Shown: positions 24,961 through 39,340, counted from the first letter of the whole stretch. The stretch is 63,913 nucleotides of DNA, filler included, from Collodictyon triciliatum (GCA_043381765.1; 30 parts of 30 records of this genome joined end to end with filler, not necessarily neighbours in it), one strand, 5' to 3'. The notes: a model not told the origin generated them from the sequence alone. Numbers and translations are program-made.

Positions 24961-27588
24961 CAAATTTTATGTGCTTCAGTATAAGTATGTTGGCTGATTC
25001 ATAATAATTATGACAGAATAACAACAATAATAACAACAATAATAACAACAATAATAACAACAATAATAACAACAATAATAACAACAATAATAACAACAAT
25101 AAAAATAACAATAAAAATAACAATAAAAATAACAATAAAAATAACAATAAAAATAACAATAAAAATAACAATAAAAATAACAATAAANNNNNNNNNNNNN
25201 NNNNNNNNNNNNNNNNNNNNNNNNNNNNNNNTTAATTAATTAANNNNNNNNNNNNNNNNNNNNNNNNNNNNNNNNNNNNNNNNNNNNGCGGGGACTGTGC
25301 AGGCGAGTGTGCTGGATTTTTGTGAGTGTCTTGCATACTTTTTATTTGTTAAGTGAATGCGCGTGACAGAACACACAAAAAGAGCGTTAGGTTTTGTGAG
25401 GGACATAGATACTTAGAATTGTTGTGAGGGGTGGGGCTTACTGTCGAAAAAGAAAAAATAGTTGAATAAATCAGTCCGATACTTGTTTTTAATTAAAAAA
25501 AAACTTGCCTGGTGGTAAATGTTTAGCTCCGACCTGACATCAATATATGTATGCATACAAGTGAATGTGTGTATTTTCATTCGGCCATTGTCCTTTCGTG
25601 TTGTTGGTAGCAGAATACCGCCCAATTTAACGGGTATTTCGTAGTGGTTGCTACGGTAAAGAATTTTTTTTGCAATTAATGTATTTCAATATCTAATTAA
25701 CTATCATATATTGCTGCTTTTACTTTGTGCAGGATGGGCGGCGTTGCCTTGGTTCGCTAGCCTTTATTTGGACGAACATCACTTGTACATGGCGGCGCGC
25801 AAGTAAATATCTATCGATTAATTATCATTTTATACACCCATTTCATGTTTTGACTATTTATCAAGAAATCTCATGGATTTTCTATGCCTTATTTTTTTAT
25901 CAGTCGGTTTTTTTATCAATAAGAATTTTGGTGCAATCGAATGGGTTGTATCTCACGCGTGAACACTAAAATATCTTAAGGATTTCCAACACAACTGCAC
26001 ACTCACATCGATTACGACGTGAAATCCAATAAATTGGTATTGAGCAAATGGCGGGATAAATGCATTTTTTTCAAGGAGCTCATCCCATTCGACCAGGCAG
26101 ACCAGTTAAAATTCTCCATTGTACGACTGAAGGTATTAAGTTGCTGTTTTTTTTTTACACCAAAGACAGTCAAACACACTCGACTCTCCGCAATTTCTCG
26201 ATGACCATTGCATTTTCTAATTTCTTTCGATATGATATCACCAGTCCGAATCCTTACATACTGTAGAAAATGAGTCGATAAGCCGATACTATTGGTTTTA
26301 TAGACCCGCCGATAGTCAAAAGCTGGATGTAAGCCCGCACGTCCCAGCTACTCTCACCGCAAGCGAAGAGAGACGTGTGAATGTGTCGTGCGATATCTCC
26401 CGCAGTATATCCAACCCCTGCTACGCACGCAACCAATCAACCACTTGGGACGCCCTCCTGACCAACTCGCTATCACCGATTTGTTTCCGGTACTAGCCTA
26501 TCCATAGTTGCGTCTTCTCTTACTAGCGTTTGCTCTACCATGCGCTCCCATCCCGTCTCTTGTATGGCATAACCTTGTTACACTTTGAATCGAATAAAGG
26601 GAAGTAGTGAAAAAAAAGGGTTATGTCGAGATGTGCAAATAAGATGGGCTTCACAAACAAAAACAAAAAATGCATTCTATTAAAAAAAAAATTATCAACT
26701 CGCTTCAAACCTGAACCAAGTCGTGCCATTTTGATATAAAAAATATTGATGACACTTGCAACGATTCCATCACACATAAACCTCCGATTTGTTGGGTTAG
26801 TGGTATCTCATAGGAATTAAAATCATTCAGAAATGCCAATATGTGCATTAAATATAACTACCATCATTATCACTCACTGCTGTGCCTTATGCTCTGTTCA
26901 TTTATGCATCTTTCAAATCTTTGTTATACTTTCCAGGTTTGCAATCCAACGACACAGAGACAATTCGGCTTTCCGTTAATTTCAACGACTAGTTCGCTGG
27001 CTTATGCTTTTATTCGATTGGTGTGGATTCATCTGATTCATGGTTGAAAGCTATTTTTTTTTTTTAATGGTATTGCTGCATCAGAAAAATGGAAGAAAAT
27101 GAAGGAAAGGTTATTGGGGGTTGGCAGAGAAGGCCGAGACCGACTTTTGCGAAAGACTCGTGGCATAGAAAGTGCCATCGAGTCCGAAGCAGGCGCCCAG
27201 GCAGCCGTCCAAGAGGATGCGGTGCTGAACTGCGCCCTGATAATTGTAGAAAGCGACTGTCCCGGTCTTGTTCTCACAAACACCAAAGACNNNNNNNNNN
27301 NNNNNNNNNNNNNNNNNNNNNNNNNNNNNNNNNNTTAATTAATTAANNNNNNNNNNNNNNNNNNNNNNNNNNNNNNNNNNNNNNNNNNNNTTCATTCTTT
27401 CATTCTTTCATTCTTTCATTCTTTCATTCTTTCATTCTTTCATTCTTTCATTCTTTCATTCTTTCATTCTTTCATTCTTTCATTCTTTCGTTCGTTCATT
27501 CTTTCATTCTTTCATTCTTTCATTCTTTCATTCTTTCATTCTTTCATTCTTTCATTCTTTCTTAACCAAAGGTCCATTTGTGTCTTAC

Positions 27589-28475
27589 CCGCGTGAGTGG
27601 GGAGTCGTCAGAGGCGGTTGGTGCATCAGACTCTTTCTCCAGGTCTTTCAATTTGTCTTGTAGGCCGAGAAGCTCAGACTCTTTCGCCTTTGACAAGGCA
27701 ACCAGTTTCCCGTGCTTGAGACGGAGTTCGCATACCAGCTGATCCAACTTGCCCTTTTCTGTTTCGAGAGTTCCTTTCAACTGGGCTTCGGTGTGGCCCT
27801 ACAAAGAGATATATGTGCGATGAGAGTTGGTGCTGAATGAGAGATGGCTACGATTTAATAAATACATATGTAAAATTAAGGTGAAATCAAGAAAAGAAAA
27901 TGAAGAGGAAAGAATGGAAGAGAATGGACCAGGAACCTGGGGAAAAAGTTTTCATACCTTCTGAAGATTTGTTATGGCCTGTCGAAGCTGCTTATTTTCT
28001 TCGCGGATCAAGGATACGGTTTCACGGTTCTGTCGAATCGTCCATTGTGAAGTTTCGAAATATGCCTTACGATCCCCCTCTGAATAAAGCAGGAGGTGAG
28101 AAAGACTAGGCAGATGCGGCGAGGAAATTACCATTGATCAAAGTTTGAGTTACAGTAAGTAATAGAAATAAATGGAAGCAAATGGCAAATATGTATAGCA
28201 ATATCAATAATAATAATAATAACAGTAATAGTAATAATATAGAAATACTGTGGGGCAATTAGAGAGCAAAGAAAAGAATCAAGCTGAAAACGTTGTCAGC
28301 ATAGGGATCGAAAACAAGCTTCACGATCACAAGAGTAGAATCGAGTTTATGAAGGCTTTCCTTCGCCACGCGTGGTAGTGAGACGAAACATACCAAGCAA
28401 GTTGAACCGGCGCTTCAGGTCCAGGAGCTCCTCCTCTGGAGAGAGCGTTGCGTTCAGTTGATCTTTGCCCTTCAT
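27589..28475 (-). CDS. CCDC151: 5' part of outer dynein arm docking complex subunit CCDC151/ODAD3 (ODA10)
   Basis: Exons 28475-28394, 28079-27958, 27798-27589: LKRRFNLLEGDRKAYFETSQWTIRQNRETVSLIREENK, the CCDC151 N-terminal signature. Confidence 0.85.
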
Positions 28476-29492
28476 TTCTGTTTTTGTGTTCTCTTCTTCG
28501 GTATTCTTTCTTGCGTTGGTGTTTGTGTACTTTCTCACTTATTGCTGTGTCATACGATATATTTGTTACAATTGGTTCCATGAGTTCCATGAGTTCCACT
28601 CAAGAAAGAAGAGAAAAGAACAAATAAAAATCAAAGAGACAAAGCATTTCTGGTCGCGTTTCTGGGAGCCGATCAGAGTGAGCAATCGAACGAAGGCAAG
28701 GTTGAATTACAAAATGAAGTTCGGAAACATAGCCGCACACATGCTTCGCAGAGTATCTCGTATGAATACAGTCTGCGTCTTTTTTTACAACGTCTTGGCA
28801 AATCGGTCTCTGCAAGACGTTGCGTCCATGGCTTCTGCCTTCTTCCTGTCCGAGTATTATGTGTTTGGGACAAGAACAGAAGAGGGGCTGAGGTTTTTAG
28901 ATTCGTTGCAAGTAACGGACGCTTTCTGCGGCTCATCCGTTACCAATACATATATGGAATATATAGTAATATGTTTTTATATGTAAGATTTCCCAATAAT
29001 ACAATTAATTATATCATATTAAATCTCATGAATATTATTAATAATCTATATAAACAATTGTGTGGGGTTACGATGTAACTTTTCTACTCTCCACATGTGG
29101 AGATCCTCATTGTATCCTCTGGCAAAAGCGACATGACCACACATTTTCTTAATGTGGAGAATGTGAATGTCATCGCATTCGCGTCACCACTGCGTCAGAG
29201 CCCTATGAAGCGCCACGCAAACGCCAAGGCGGGCTCCGACACAAACTCCTGGGACGCGAGAGTCACCAAAACCCGACTGAGACAAGGACAAACTACCAAC
29301 CAGAAGACATCGACGCGCTTGTCAAATATCTACACGTAGTCATCTTAAAAAAAAAACAAAAACAAAAAAACAAAAAAACAAAAAAACAAAAANNNNNNNN
29401 NNNNNNNNNNNNNNNNNNNNNNNNNNNNNNNNNNNNTTAATTAATTAANNNNNNNNNNNNNNNNNNNNNNNNNNNNNNNNNNNNNNNNNNNN

Positions 29493-31357
29493 AAGGACCG
29501 AATGGTGAAAATTGGATGGCTTCTGGAAGTGAAGATAAAACAATACGTATTTGGGATGTAGCCACAGGAAACCAAATCAAAACATTAGAAGGGCATATAG
29601 ATGCTGTGAATAGTGTTTGCAGTATCCAAGGGCCGAATGGTGAAAATTGGCTGGCTTCTGGAAGTCTTGATAAAACAGTACGTATTTGGGATGTAGCCAC
29701 AGGAAACCATATCAAAATATTAGGGGGGCATACAATACCTGTCAATAGTGTTTGCAGTATTCAAGGACCGAATGGTGAAAATTGGATGGCTTCTGGAAGT
29801 GAAGATAAAACAATACGTATTTGGGATGTAGCCACAGGAAACCAAATCAAAACATTAGAAGGGCATATAGATGCTGTCAATAGTGTTTGTAGTATTCAAG
29901 GACTGAATGGTGAAGATTGGCTGGCTTCTGGAAGTGTTGATAATACAATACGTATTTGGGATGTAGCCACAGGGAACCAAATCAAAACATTAGAAGGTCA
30001 TACAAGTGTTGTCAATAGTGTTTGCAGTATTCAAGGACCGAATGGTGAAAATTGGTTGGCTTCTGGAAGCAATGATAACAAAATACGTATTTGGGATGTA
30101 GCCACAGGAAACCAAATACGCAGCATGAAAAAATCAGAAGCGACCTACAATGAGAAGAGCCAATTGGTCATGAAGGATAAACCAGAAGTCATCGCAGTAT
30201 TCAATAGTACAAGTGATGCGATGAATATGATTGATACACGCAGAATAATGAACGTGAGAACTGTTCGAATTATCGGCCCAAGAACACTGGAAGCAGCGAA
30301 CACTCATATCAACAGAGCTGAACTGGATGCAATGAACAAGAAACTATTTCTGCAAGAAGGTGCTGCTTCCTTTGATGCGGACTTTGTTGCGTATTGTGAG
30401 CAGGGTAAATTCACCACGTTCCAGGCTCAAATGATGGCTAAATGCTATAAGAATGGATGGAATGTTGAGAAGGACACCGAGAAAGCAGCTGTGTGGTTCG
30501 GAAAAGCTGAAAACTTTGAAAAACTGAAGGAACTCGCACAACAAGGCTCAAAGGAGGCATTCAATGTTTTAAAAGAAATGGCTGAAATTGTAGACGAAGA
30601 ATATGGGGAATACAAATATCCACAGGCTGTGTCTATTGTTGCTGAATGCTATGAGAATGGATGGGGTGTTGAGAGGGACACCGAGAAAGCTATCGAGTGG
30701 CTTGGAAATGCTGAAAACTTTGAAAAACTGAAGCAACTCGCACAGCAAGGCTCAAATGAGGCATTCAATGTCTTGAAAGAAATGGCTGAAATGATATATG
30801 AAGATGGGATATACAAATATCCACAGGCTGTTTCTATTGTTGCTGAATGCTATGAGAATGGATGGGGTGTTGAGAGGGACACCGAGAAAGCTATCGAGTG
30901 GCTTGGAAAAGCTGAAAACTTTGACAAATTGAAGCAACTTGCCCAACAAGGCTCAAAGGAGGCATTCAATGTCTTGAAAGAGATGGCTGAAATTAAGGGA
31001 GATATTCTCGATGGTTGGGGAGACAAAATTGGTGAAAGATACACATATCCACAAGCTGTTTCTATTGTTGCTGAATGCTATGAGAATGGATGGAGTGTTG
31101 AGAAGGACATCACATTATCCTTCAAATGGGAAATATTTGGTGGAAAGACTGAGAACTTTGACAAACTGAAGCAACTCGCACAGCAAGGCTTAAAGGAGGC
31201 ATTCAATTTTTTGGAAGATATGGCCGAAATGAAGGAATATGGAAGATACATATATCCACAGGCTGTTTCTATTGTTGCTGAATGCTATGAGAATGGATGG
31301 GGCGTTGATAAGGACACCGGGAAAGCAGCTGAATGGAGAAAGAAAGCCTCAGCTTAA
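29493..31357 (+). CDS. 3' part of a WD40-repeat + SEL1-like-repeat protein (same WD40 unit as 2111-4119), intronless
   Basis: Open frame from contig start to TAA at 31357. Five 45-aa WD40 units, a linker ending LDAMNKKLFLQEGA, then five CYxNGWxVxxDxxxA-type SEL1-like motifs. Confidence 0.92.
30430..31340 (+). repeat. Tandem ~200-230 bp SEL1-like coding repeats
   Basis: GCTGAATGCTATGAGAATGGATGG recurs at about 30641, 30842, 31070 and 31277, with a diverged first copy near 30436. Confidence 0.9.
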
Positions 31358-33918
31358 CATGGTAAGAACATTAATAAGTGCATATTAATACATGTGATGC
31401 TTTTTTTTATTAACGTATTATAAATAAAAAAAAGCATCAGGTTTTACCTGAACGCGAAAACTCAACCCCTTATATACTGTCCTACCCCTTCCTANNNNNN
31501 NNNNNNNNNNNNNNNNNNNNNNNNNNNNNNNNNNNNNNTTAATTAATTAANNNNNNNNNNNNNNNNNNNNNNNNNNNNNNNNNNNNNNNNNNNNTCCGAA
31601 ACCAGGGGACGGTCAAACGCCACTTCCGATAATTCCAGACAAGCAACGATGTATTGCTTTTTTTCTGAATCTCCCAGCAAGAAACGCAAGGAAAGTGACC
31701 CGTTGTCCCCTCAAAAGACTCATCCAGTGGAATGAAATAGGATGTAAATCTTGTCTGAGATAGACGGTTGAAAGGATTCGTCGGAATCAATTTGAGAAGT
31801 AACTGCCATGTGCGTACTTTCATCGACCCGACAACTTTATCCGCTCTCCTATCAGTCTCAAATACAACCAGAAATCGCGTTGGAGCTGATTCGCCTCGGC
31901 TATAATAGTCTGCGTGTGAGAACACCTTCTCTCATTTCTATTTTCTTTTTCTTTTTCTTCTTCTTCTTTCCTTCCCAAACACAAAAACTCCAACCACACA
32001 ATCCGGGGTTTTCCACTCCTGTCTCGCCCATGGCTCACTATTTTCGTCCTATAGTTGCGAAGGCGGTTTCCTCGGCTTTGTCTTCTCTCAATAAACTGTT
32101 GAAAAGAAACCAAAAAAAAAAAAAGACACCAATAGCTGAACAATCTAATGATAGGAACATAAATGTTTGCAATATTAACTATCATTTTTATTCCTGAACT
32201 AGATATTTACTTTTATGACAGTCACAAACCCGATTATTCAGATAGCAAAGACATTAGCCTCCTTTTTTCCACATTTGCTCCATCCATCACATTCCCATCA
32301 TTTTTCCTTTGGATTTCTCTGTGAGACAAAAATTTATTATAAGAAAACAAAATTTACCTATGTCTTTGTACTTCAAACCTCCGGCCAACCCTTTCAAACC
32401 GGCTGGAGCAACTTCAGACTCGAATCATAAGCACACATTAAAGACACCCTCACCTTCAACACAAGCACATTTCCACCAACGAAAGCACACAGACAGTCAA
32501 GAATCAAAGCCAAAGACCAGCACAACACAACTGATCTATTGAATCCCTTTTGCTTGGACACTTATTATTTTTAACAAAACACAAATAAAAAGCCACCGAT
32601 CAACATAAGGTCAAGCGAACCGAATAATACAACATGAAAACATACCTTTATTTTCTATTAAAAAAAGCGGAGGTTTATACCTAAGTAAGTCTTTTACCTA
32701 TGTCAGAAAGTCAGAAGACTTGATCGAGAATGAGGTAGTCTATCAACAGCTGGCAAAAAAATAAAATGAACGAAACAAGAACGGGCCAAAGATGGGTCTT
32801 TTCAACAAAACTTCATGTGATTGGCTCTAGCCTTGCCCAGCATAATCCCTGGGTTATGTTGCGCACGAACCGACCAAAACTCAAAACTCAAAACACATGA
32901 AAACTTATTTACATATCCAAATAACAATAGATTTAACTATTCCTCCTTCCTGCAAAGGTTTTAGGGTCCTTATCATTACAATTATTCGCGAGCCAAGGAG
33001 AGCTGACATCTTCCGGATTTCCGAGCCTTTCTGTCGCAAAGCATTGTTGGCCATGCATACACACTATATGAAATATCCTTGATTCTATTTTTATTTATGG
33101 AAGCTTTAGCTGATTTGTCAATTCGCTGTTACTAAGAATTTTAAGTGAATTCTATTCCAATCTCATGCAGTTTGTGATGCTTTCCAGGAGCTTCAGGGCG
33201 ATTGAATCTTTGGTTGCTCTGCCCACAGTAAGATCACTTCGATGGAGATCCTTCAAACGTAGACTTTAAGAACGTCTCTTAGATATTGGATTTGCTTTCA
33301 GGTTGGTTTTTGATCTGTTTTCTTTTCTCTTCTCAACTCGGCCTTTTTCATGGGATTCGCCTATTGGTAGAAATAAATAAATACCTCGTTTATACATATT
33401 TTCCTTTATTCGATACAAGTGAATGAAGGTGGTTTTAAAATTTTTTTACTGGACGCCGTAGTTGTTGCATGTTGGTTGAAAGCAGTGACACGTGTCGGTT
33501 AAGGGGTTCAGGCCAGCAGCGTATGGAATCTGGATTTGTGGCTCATCAATATGCAATTGATAGAGTCGAGAATAGTTGCAACCTTCAAGAGGTGCGNNNN
33601 NNNNNNNNNNNNNNNNNNNNNNNNNNNNNNNNNNNNNNNNTTAATTAATTAANNNNNNNNNNNNNNNNNNNNNNNNNNNNNNNNNNNNNNNNNNNNTTTT
33701 GTTTTTTGTTTTTTTTTTATTTTTTATTTTTTATTTTTTATTTTTTATTTTTTATTTTTTATTTTTTTTTATTTTTTTTATGAAAGACTTGTTTCGCACA
33801 TTATGCTGCGTGAATGTTCTAGAACTGGAGCAACATACCGACGTGGTCTCACTTTACGACTTTCTTCAACCCGAAATCCAACGAGACTTTTCAACATTTG
33901 TTTCAACACATTAACAGA

Positions 33919-35153
33919 ATGTCGCAGAGCGCTTCGGCCGCCCCAAATGCAACGCCCGCGCAGATGCCACCGAATTCATCGGCTCAAAACAGCGCGGCTG
34001 CGAAGCACGAAAGCTCCACGAAAATCGCGCTGTCGATGTTGCTCAACAAGCGTCGGGGGAGCGAACGCCAACCACTTGTTCCCTCATGTGAAACAATATA
34101 TATATACGGGATTTGTAATGTGCAAAATAAATGATTTCGTGTGCTGAAATAAGTCAATTGAGTTGTTTTTTTCTTTTTCTGAAGATGTAAGAAAATAAAA
34201 TGTTAAACAAGACAGCTGTTGATGTATTAGACACGATAATCGAACAAAACTACGAAAAAGAAGTCAAATGGGAAATGCATCGAATTAAAAATCAAAACAC
34301 AGCCTCCGCCGCACCATCGGGCGCGCTTCTCGGACCAAACACAAATGCGCACACGTCTGCAGCAGCAGCAGCAACAACAATAACAACAGCAGCATCGTCT
34401 TCGCTCCTCCACGCAAACTCTCCACCCATGGCATCACCCTTTCACAGCCCCGCCACGCCCCCGACCAACACGCCTATATCTGCCGTGTCCCAAACCCCGT
34501 CTTTCTCCAGCACAATGAACCAAACCACAGGCAAATACCATTCAGCACAGTCGTCTTCCATCGGCCACACATCACCCTTCTCGGACCCCCTGCCGAATCC
34601 GTCTTCTGGAAACACGCCCGCTGGCAGAGAATCCCAGTCCAATGCGATGCCGATTCCCATATCGTCAAAGGCACCCCACGCGATTCCGTCATCACCACAC
34701 ACATCTATAATGTCGGCGCTGCTCTACTCTTCTTCTGCTCCAAGTACGGCCGGCCTACCACGCAAATCAGCCCAGGATTTAATTCCGTACCTGAGTTCTC
34801 GCACAAACCTTTCCTCCCGGATTCAGATAGTAATGGAGTTTTGTGAGAATGCCAGAACCGAGAGGTTTGAATTCGCCTATATGGTACAATTAGTCCCGCC
34901 ATAATAGTCCCTATTGTTCGCGATTGCATTCTCTTTTGTCTCCCTTTCATCCTATTCTAAAAAAATGTGAGTAGCCAAAGTGAGCAAGCTAATAAACTAC
35001 GAGTTTAGTCTTCAACACGTCGACCGTATTTGGTCGCTCACGCGGGATCTTGTCGAAGAGCCGTCTATGCCGCAGGAGGCCATATTGGCAGGATTTCAAC
35101 TGATCAACAGTTGTATCATCGGCCAGTTCCAGTCGCTTGGACTATTGAGAATA
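33919..35153 (+). CDS. TSC2: 5' part of a tuberin/TSC2-like protein with a low-complexity N-terminal extension
   Basis: LSSRTNLSSRIQIVMEFCENARTERFE..HVDRIWSLTRDLV..EAILAGFQLINSCIIGQFQSLGLLR matches the TSC2 N-terminal HEAT region. Start codon uncertain. Confidence 0.75.
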
Positions 35154-37301
35154 GGTATAGATTGGAATCATGCCCCATTTATGCTCATCATACTTTCATG
35201 TCGGAAAGATACAAATTTGCACTTTATCCCCATCTTCGATGGATTCATGCCCAACAATCTTGGGGAAGAAGAATGGACAAGTGTTTGTCCCAAAATATAG
35301 AACGACTTTCATCTAAAGTTGATTGTTTTTCATTTTTCAAGAGTTTTTCCGAGTAGCTACAAAGTGTTTCGATGAACAACTCCATTTGTCGATTCTTGTT
35401 GGACTTACAAAAGCTGGGCGTGAAATCAAGCCTTTCGAGGTTTGTTCTGGCTGTAGCTCTATTTGTCACCACGCCTGCCTTATATGAAGTCGCACAAACT
35501 GTTGACTTTTCTTTTATCCTAGTTTTATGCACTGATCAACTCGTTCTCTTTGATTTCATCCTGATGTTCATTACTGAAAAGTATTGTTTTGTGTTTTGTT
35601 TTATGTGTTTTTTTATGTGTTTTTTTATGTGTTTTTTTATGTGTTTTTTTATGTGTTTTTTTATGTGTTTTTTATGTGTTTTTTTATGTGTTTTTTANNN
35701 NNNNNNNNNNNNNNNNNNNNNNNNNNNNNNNNNNNNNNNNNTTAATTAATTAANNNNNNNNNNNNNNNNNNNNNNNNNNNNNNNNNNNNNNNNNNNNTAT
35801 TGTATTGTATTGTATTGTATTGTATTGTATTGTATTGTATTGTATTGTATTGTATTGTATTGTTATGTATTGTTATGTATTGTTATGTATTGTTATGTAT
35901 TGTTATGTATTGTTATGTATTGTTATGTATTGTTATGTATTGTTATGTATTGTTATGTATTGTTATGTATTGCTGTGTATTGCTCTGTGTATTGGAGACT
36001 TCAATCGGGGGGTAAAAATTGGTGAAAATGGCCGAATGGAAGAACGACACCCGAGTGTTGCGGCGAACCTTCGAACCCTGTGTTGCGCTGCGCGTGAAGG
36101 GTGTGTCTGTGTGGTGCTTTGGCTTCTTCGCTGGCGTTCCGTTTGATAATCGGAATTTCTACGGAATTTCCGCCTTTCCACAAACAGTCGCTTCCGCCTA
36201 TGGGATGCTTACGCTGGATTCGGTGCAGATATTTCTTAATGAAGCTGAATGACAAGATTGGATGTCGAGAATTATAGCAACTATTGCCTCATTCGCTGTA
36301 GTGACGTGGACGAGATTCTATTTCGGTGATTTGTTGACCCATTAAGAATCGTATTTACCAGTATGGTTATTTTGTTCACCCAATCCAATGTACGGTATGA
36401 GTGAATATCCACACTTAAATTACTCAACTGCCTTAATATTAGATTATTAGACATATTTTATATTATATAATTGATCTTCACAGATCTATTCTCTGAATCA
36501 TATTTCAGTTATTATGATATCCGCATTTGTATTGGCCAGAGGGCGTTCTATTTTCTGGGCTTTGGTGACCTTCAACCCTGGGGCTGCATCAGAGCACTGG
36601 CTGCAGTTAATTTTCTCTATCTCTCCATCAGATGCACGAAAAGGGATATTAAGTCAGTTTTTAACTTATTTGTTAGATTCTCTAGATGTGAAAAAAGAAG
36701 AAAAAATAATGTCAATCTCGGTATTTATGCTTTTATATATTACAAGCAAAATCTAAGGCTTGGGTGGCTGCACACAGTTAAAGTATTAATCTTACTTTTT
36801 ATTTTTAAAAAGTGATTTAATTATTTTTTTTTCAGCTTTGCCACGGCGACATAAAAAAACAACTAATAAATGACTTCCCTCTAAAAAAGACAGCTCATAT
36901 TATGTACGAGGATAACAAGGATGAGGATACAAATTCGCTTGCAACTTGTGAACGCAGTTATTTTAAGAATAAATACACTCAAATTACGAACTGTACACAT
37001 TAAACGCTGAGCCAGAAGGTATCGGAGGATATTGATGCTTCTTTGTATCATAAGAGTTAGGGAAAACTTTGGAAATGACTTAGGTGCTTCTGAAAATCCA
37101 AAAAATGTTACGATATTTATAAAATTTGTGATTACACCAGATCATATATAAAAGTTCAAAGAATAGAATTCTATCATACTAAATCATTTACCCAAAAAAC
37201 CGGGGTATCATTAATTTGTTCTGAATATAGAGAACCCCTTAATAAGGCGCTTTCATCGATATTGAAGAACAAATCTTATAATTCAAGCACAAAGACCATG
37301 T

Positions 37302-37666
37302 TTATTGGGTTTTCTTCACACTTTGGGCCTTTTGGTTCTGTTGGTAAGTCACGAAAGCAAAGAACAGAAATACGGCCGAGAAAAGGAGACACAAAGCAAC
37401 GGAAGGTAGCATAATTGCATAGTATCGGTCAGGGAAGAGAGACAGAAATGGGTGGCCAGGTTCAACGAAAGGCTGCAAAGTTTAGAGTGTTACAATTTAA
37501 AAAATATCATCATAAACCTTTTTTCGGGCCAAAATCCATTATGTGTTAGTCCAATGACATATGATAAGGCAATACATACCGTAATCCAGACCCAAGCAGT
37601 GTAGTAAGTGAATATGATAATACTGGCTGCGACCAACGCACTCCCAAAGAGTTGCGATGATATGGC
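37302..37666 (-). CDS. DPM2: Dolichol-phosphate mannose synthase regulatory subunit (not in the ORF track; first exon missing)
   Basis: Exons 37666-37580 and 37472-37302: AISSQLFGSALVAASIIIFTYYTAWVWIT/PFVEPGHPFLSLFPDRYYAIMLP...KKTQ*. Confidence 0.92.
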
Positions 37667-37983
37667 CTACACGGGTAGTTTGGTTGAGTAGTTAAGAAAA
37701 AAGGAAAAAAGGAAAAAAGGAAAAAAGGAAAAAAGGAAAAAAGGAAAAAAGGAAAAAAGGAAAAAAGGAAAAAAGGAAAAAAGGAAAAAAGGAAAAANNN
37801 NNNNNNNNNNNNNNNNNNNNNNNNNNNNNNNNNNNNNNNNNTTAATTAATTAANNNNNNNNNNNNNNNNNNNNNNNNNNNNNNNNNNNNNNNNNNNNGAT
37901 TTTATTGTAGATTGCATGTTATATCTAGAATATAAATCATTTGAAATTTTTGTTTGATTGGTTTTTATATCAAACCTGCAAAG

Positions 37984-39340
37984 ATTCCTGTACGTTGTGG
38001 GAGAAGAAGTCGATGGTGCTGGCATGAAAAAGGCAAATGAGGTATATATTTGTTTGTCTTTAATGTTTGATTTCATGGCTTAAAAATGGTATATTTCTGT
38101 TTAATAGTGTATATATGTCAATTCCAATCATTTCAGAACTATATGATATGGATATTGTAGTAGAGATGTAATATCTTTGAGAAGAGGTTTACACTTTTTT
38201 CTATAGCTTCAATTGACCCCATTCTATTTTGTCAATGGTGAGCCCACCGAATCAATCATGGCAGAAGGTCACAAGGTTTTTGCTTTGTTTAAATTCTTTA
38301 TAAAAAACTGAAATAGAACAAAATAAATCAACCATAATCAGGTATTGTCAATAAAGTAAAAACAATCAGATAATTTCAAATGGCCCTGCATTTTATTAGG
38401 GCGGGTTATCTTTTGTCTTAAATACCACAGGCGTGGCTGGTCATTCAGGTTATCCAGAGTCTGGTATATCAGCCATATCTCCGATGCTGGATATGTTACA
38501 GGACTTGGAGAACGAGGTTATATTTCAAAATTTAAAAATAACGCTTTCTTTGTATTATATTGTTGTATATATTGTCGTATATATGTATGAATGTGGTGAA
38601 AATATCTAGATAGTAAAAAGATTTTTTTTGTAAAATAAAATAAAATTTTAACTATTATTTTCAATACACGCAGAAATGGCCGATAGATCCTTTCTTTGGC
38701 CCCACAACGCTTAACATTGGTAAGATCGTAGCAGGAGTTGCAAGCAATGTAATTCCTGACTACGCGTCTGCTAATATTATGATCAGAATAACGACTTCAA
38801 CAACAGAAATATTGGACAGAGTACTTGATATAGTCGGATCAAGGTTGCTTTTCTTTTATAGCCTGTGAATTGGACAGGATTCTGTTTTGTATTCTTTTTT
38901 TTTTTTGAGCTCTGTTTCTTGGACGACCTCGATATTTATCATTTCATAAATACATCAAGAGGGAAAGTCTACGTCGTCAATAGAAAGGAGCCAATTTACT
39001 GCAGTGTCATCCGTGGATATCCAAGCGCTGTTATGTCTTATGGAACCGATATCCCTTACTTTCAACACAACGGATTGGTATGTGTCTTTGGTTTTTTTAT
39101 CGAACTTGATTCTATTCATTCTATGGTATATGTGCGTGTGTATATGTTTGTATTGTAAAATAGTAGATGTATATATACTTGAATTTCATGTTTAATAGAG
39201 AAAATATGACGCAGAAATATCTCTATGGGCCTGGTTCTATCTTGGTGGCTCATAGCGAGAACGAGTACATGAATATCAATGATTTGCTTTCTGATATCGA
39301 AAAGTACAAAGATATTGCACTACGTTTGCTCTATGGATGA
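37984..39340 (+). CDS. 3' part of an M20-family metallopeptidase (acetylornithine deacetylase-like)
   Basis: VVGEEVDGAGM; VNGEPTE..GHKG; GVAGHSGYPESGISAI; TTLNIGKIVAGVASNVIP; YGTD; YGPGSILVAHSENE. Confidence 0.92.

Noticed and set aside
33445-33502. Faint resemblance to the Fanzor end (TTTTAC(T)GGACG...AGTGACACG..CGGTT)
   Set aside because: Only short scattered matches with different spacing and no Fanzor coding remnant nearby; a BLASTN or covariance-model hit would be needed.
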